Positions 61,000 to 64,000 of a stretch of 64,000 bases of DNA are shown here, one piece after another. Where the stretch lies: contig OZ076409.1 in assembly GCA_964187785.1 (NCBI GenBank), positions 34,908,001 to 34,972,000 of the forward strand, written 5' to 3'. The first letter of the stretch is position 1. Each line of letters starts with the position of its first letter. The notes beneath the pieces are model-generated. The model made no database searches, was not told the origin of the DNA, and worked only from the letters and a program-made list of their open reading frames with translations. Position numbers and translations under genes: made by a program. This DNA comes from Amphiscolops sp. MND2022. Lineage: Eukaryota.

Positions 61000-61750
61000 G
61001 TTACGTTCCGCAACACCAAATGTTTTTGACAATCCAGACCCGAAATTTAGAGATTCACATTTGGATAGTTCTTTGACAGTTTAACAATTGAAAACCAGCT
61101 TGTTTTCGAAGCCTGTATAAACTGCAATCTGACTGCAATAAGGCTTACTGAATTTCAATACAGAAGTGTCATCGAGAGAAATAGCTACATCAGTGCTGTT
61201 GTCGTGTGCACATTTAGCGGGGTCAATTAAATGAGTCAACAAAACTAATGGAACTGATATTGAACCTTGAGGAACCGCAGTTGCGATTTTTTTCAACCAT
61301 ACTTCACGTCCAACACAATTTGATATCGTCTTTCCACATAGTTTTCATGATATTGCAAACTTTTGAAAATATAATTGAACATTTTTGATTGAAACTTGAA
61401 TGGCCTAAAGAATCAAATGCTTTTTTATATCGATGAAACAAGGTTGTCCTCAACACCTTTTGTCGATTTCATTTCGCATGTAACCTTTTACAGTGGCTAT
61501 TGCATGTACACTGGAGCGTTTCGATCGAAATACATTAGTGTGAACAGTTTTTTGCTATAAAACAATTGACAGTTCTTTAGTTTCATGTAGCTTAAGGAAG
61601 CTCAGCAAGTTTATTGGTTCTTAAATTTCAGGATCGTTGGTGCCACTTTTTATCTGTGAGGCAAAAACTTCAGCTATTTCCAGCGTATCAGGAAACAATT
61701 TTGTTTTAAGGCATCATGGCCATAGTATTTTTTTTCATGTAATTTTCTTT
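61000..61750 (-). pseudogene. Decayed non-LTR (LINE) reverse transcriptase fragment
   Basis: AVPQGSI..P, LDDTSVL and upstream FIDIKKAFDS motifs; boundaries approximate. Confidence 0.7.
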
Positions 61751-62579
61751 TTTGCTCATTCCTTTACGGTTGGTTAGTGAATTAACAAAGATGTTTCAAA
61801 TCTCGTACTTTGTCAAATGATGAAGTCGTATCTTTCGGTATCTTTCGGAACGTGTATTTCCAATAGACAAAAATTCATCGAGTATTGTTACATCTGGAGT
61901 TTTTTGTAATTCCAAAACTTGTCTTCACTGAAGGATTAGTTTCTAATTGTTGACAAATGTAATGCTGCTCGGTTACTTTACCTAAAGATGTTACCTTATA
62001 TCGTTGATTTCTATTCTTTTCTGTGTATACTGAGGTTTCTTTTTCACAATTGCCAATTAAACTTTTTTGTAGCCCATTTTCGTTGAGATTTTCTGTTTTC
62101 AGTCGTTTTTCCTGCAGCAAACCTATCTACACATTCTTATGTTGCGCATGTCAGGTTGCTGACTGATAGTAATACGATTGTTTCAATTTTTGGCAATTTT
62201 CGATCGAAAAGTGCAAAAAACCTTGTTCCTTTTCTTTCAACTATAAATAATTCTTGAAAAATGCTTATGCTCCTGATTTTGTTCATTTTTGTAGCTTTCA
62301 AAAAAAATGTACCAAAACTGTATAATGATCACCTAAAGCTGTTCGCTTTGTAAATGTAGACGATTAAAAACTGGAAAGTGCGTGATCTAAACATGCTGAG
62401 GTGTTATCCGTAACGCTGGTCGGTTGGTTCTGAGTTCTGTTTGAAGTAATCCAAAAGCTTTTTCGATTTTCTCAGTGAGTCAAAATTGGAGTTTCGAAAA
62501 TTCAATTGAATCATTTTTGTGGCCATGTGAGAACGTCTAACAAATGTCTCGAAGATTAAAGTGGTCTGAAGAAAAGTAT

Positions 62580-64000
62580 TTTATTTTATTGGGTGACACA
62601 TTTAAATACTTATGGATTTCCGTTCGTGGTTTTCTGCCGTAATGACGTTCGAACGGTGTTTGCTTTATGCTAGAATGGACCGTTGTTCTCATTACATTTA
62701 GTGAACGGCTTAATAATGCGTCGTTTATGTTGTGTCCTTCCTCTAAGCTCGTTCCGAGGTATTCTTTTGATGTTCTAATACCCCTTTTCCCCAGTCCGGT
62801 TGGTGTGTGTATATATGGTGTTCCATATATTAGATAAATGTTCAGAGATTTACAGAGTTCTCTAAATTCTTTTCCAGTAAAGGCAGTGCCTTTATCTGTT
62901 CTAAAGGTTTGTGGTAGGCCATTTAGTGTAACATATTGTTCCAAAAATGTTTTTGCTGTTCTTCCTGTCGGTGCTTCACAAATGCACGCAGCCGGCCATC
63001 TGCTGTACCGGTCTATTGAAAGTAATATGTAAAACCTTCGGTGCTTAAATCTTATTGGTCCAATGAAATTCAATTGGATTTCTTGGTTTACTTTCTCTAC
63101 CGGTGGTAAGTAGTTAATTTCGGTCATCGGTAATTGTGGTTTAATGCTCTCACCTATGCTCTTACCTGCCATTTTGCACGGAATGCATTCATCGCATTTT
63201 TGCTGTATTTCCCGTGTTATTCGTGGCCACCAGAATGGTTTCGCCGCTGCCGTCATCTTGTTGATGGCCGAGTGTCCTTTGTGTAGGAGCATAATTATGG
63301 TTGTTCTCAGAGCCTTCGGGATTATAATTGTGTCTTCATAAGATACCACGCCAAATCTCATTGACAGTGGTTTCTGGTAAGGCGTGTATTCGTCGGGTAT
63401 TTAATCTAACGTTCTTCTTTCCAAACATATCAGTGTTTTCAGTAATTTTTTGTCATCGGTTGTTTCTGTGGCAATGGTTTTCAGGTCTGTAGTAAATTTT
63501 TGCTCCGCTTGCCTGATAGTCTCCTCCAAGTCCCATTTATTTTCAATTTGGATGTGACTGACCTGTTCTATCTGAATATACCTCACGCCGGTTGTCCCGA
63601 GGTATTTTTGAAGTTGATTGCTGGGACGCCGAATGATTCAACGGAACTTGTTGATTCTGTCTCAATTGTCTCCGGTGGGCTTTCTACTTGTTGTAGCCGT
63701 CGTTTTTGTTCCTGGGTGTTCTCCTTTTTGTTTTTGCGGCATGTTTCTTATTTTTTCTATCGATCGGTTTATTTTTTCTTTTCGTGTGGTGTCTTCCCCC
63801 GGTTCTTTATCTTGTTCTTCCATGCAGTTTTATTTATCCATGCACTTCTTTGATTTAAATTCAATTGGATTCGTTTTATTTCCGCTATGTGATGTCTTGG
63901 CGGATTGTACTTTTTCCAGACTCCATTAGATGTTCTGTATTCGCCGGGCTTTACCAGTTGTTCCAAACAGTTTGTTAGGTTGTAATGTTTCTTCCGATGG
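62580..64000 (-). pseudogene. pol: Gypsy pol fragment (integrase and upstream linker), truncated
   Basis: LLHKGH...FWWP...CDECIPC, IDRYSRWP, RTDKGTAF; catalytic residues partly mutated, stops upstream. Confidence 0.88.

Overview
This is AT-rich, intron-containing animal DNA dominated by transposable elements. Two partial host genes are present. One is the 3' part of a TRPC-family channel (+ strand, 10 reconstructable exons, 18342-31255). The other is the last two exons of a theta/delta-like glutathione S-transferase (- strand, 38635-39572). There are two large Gypsy/Metaviridae LTR retrotransposons. Element A (- strand, <1-13053, 3.16-kb LTRs) is degraded and carries a TARG1/OARD1-like macrodomain between RNase H and integrase. 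Element B (+ strand, 40107-56730, 2.34-kb near-identical LTRs, ATGAA TSD) is young and inserted into a Tigger/pogo transposon. Besides gag-pol, B holds a ~5.6-kb accessory module. The module comprises an intact antisense 7-exon gene (~1110 aa, C2H2/BED-like finger, resembling a catalytically dead hAT transposase) and a divergent 301-aa disordered ORF that reads through the PPT into the 3' LTR. Gag of B starts inside the LTR. Also present are two solo LTRs with TSDs (one carrying a repeat/variable-spacer array), Tigger, LINE and Gypsy remnants, nested MITE-like elements and several long fold-back palindromes. All coordinates, splice models and family assignments were made by eye, with no database searches.
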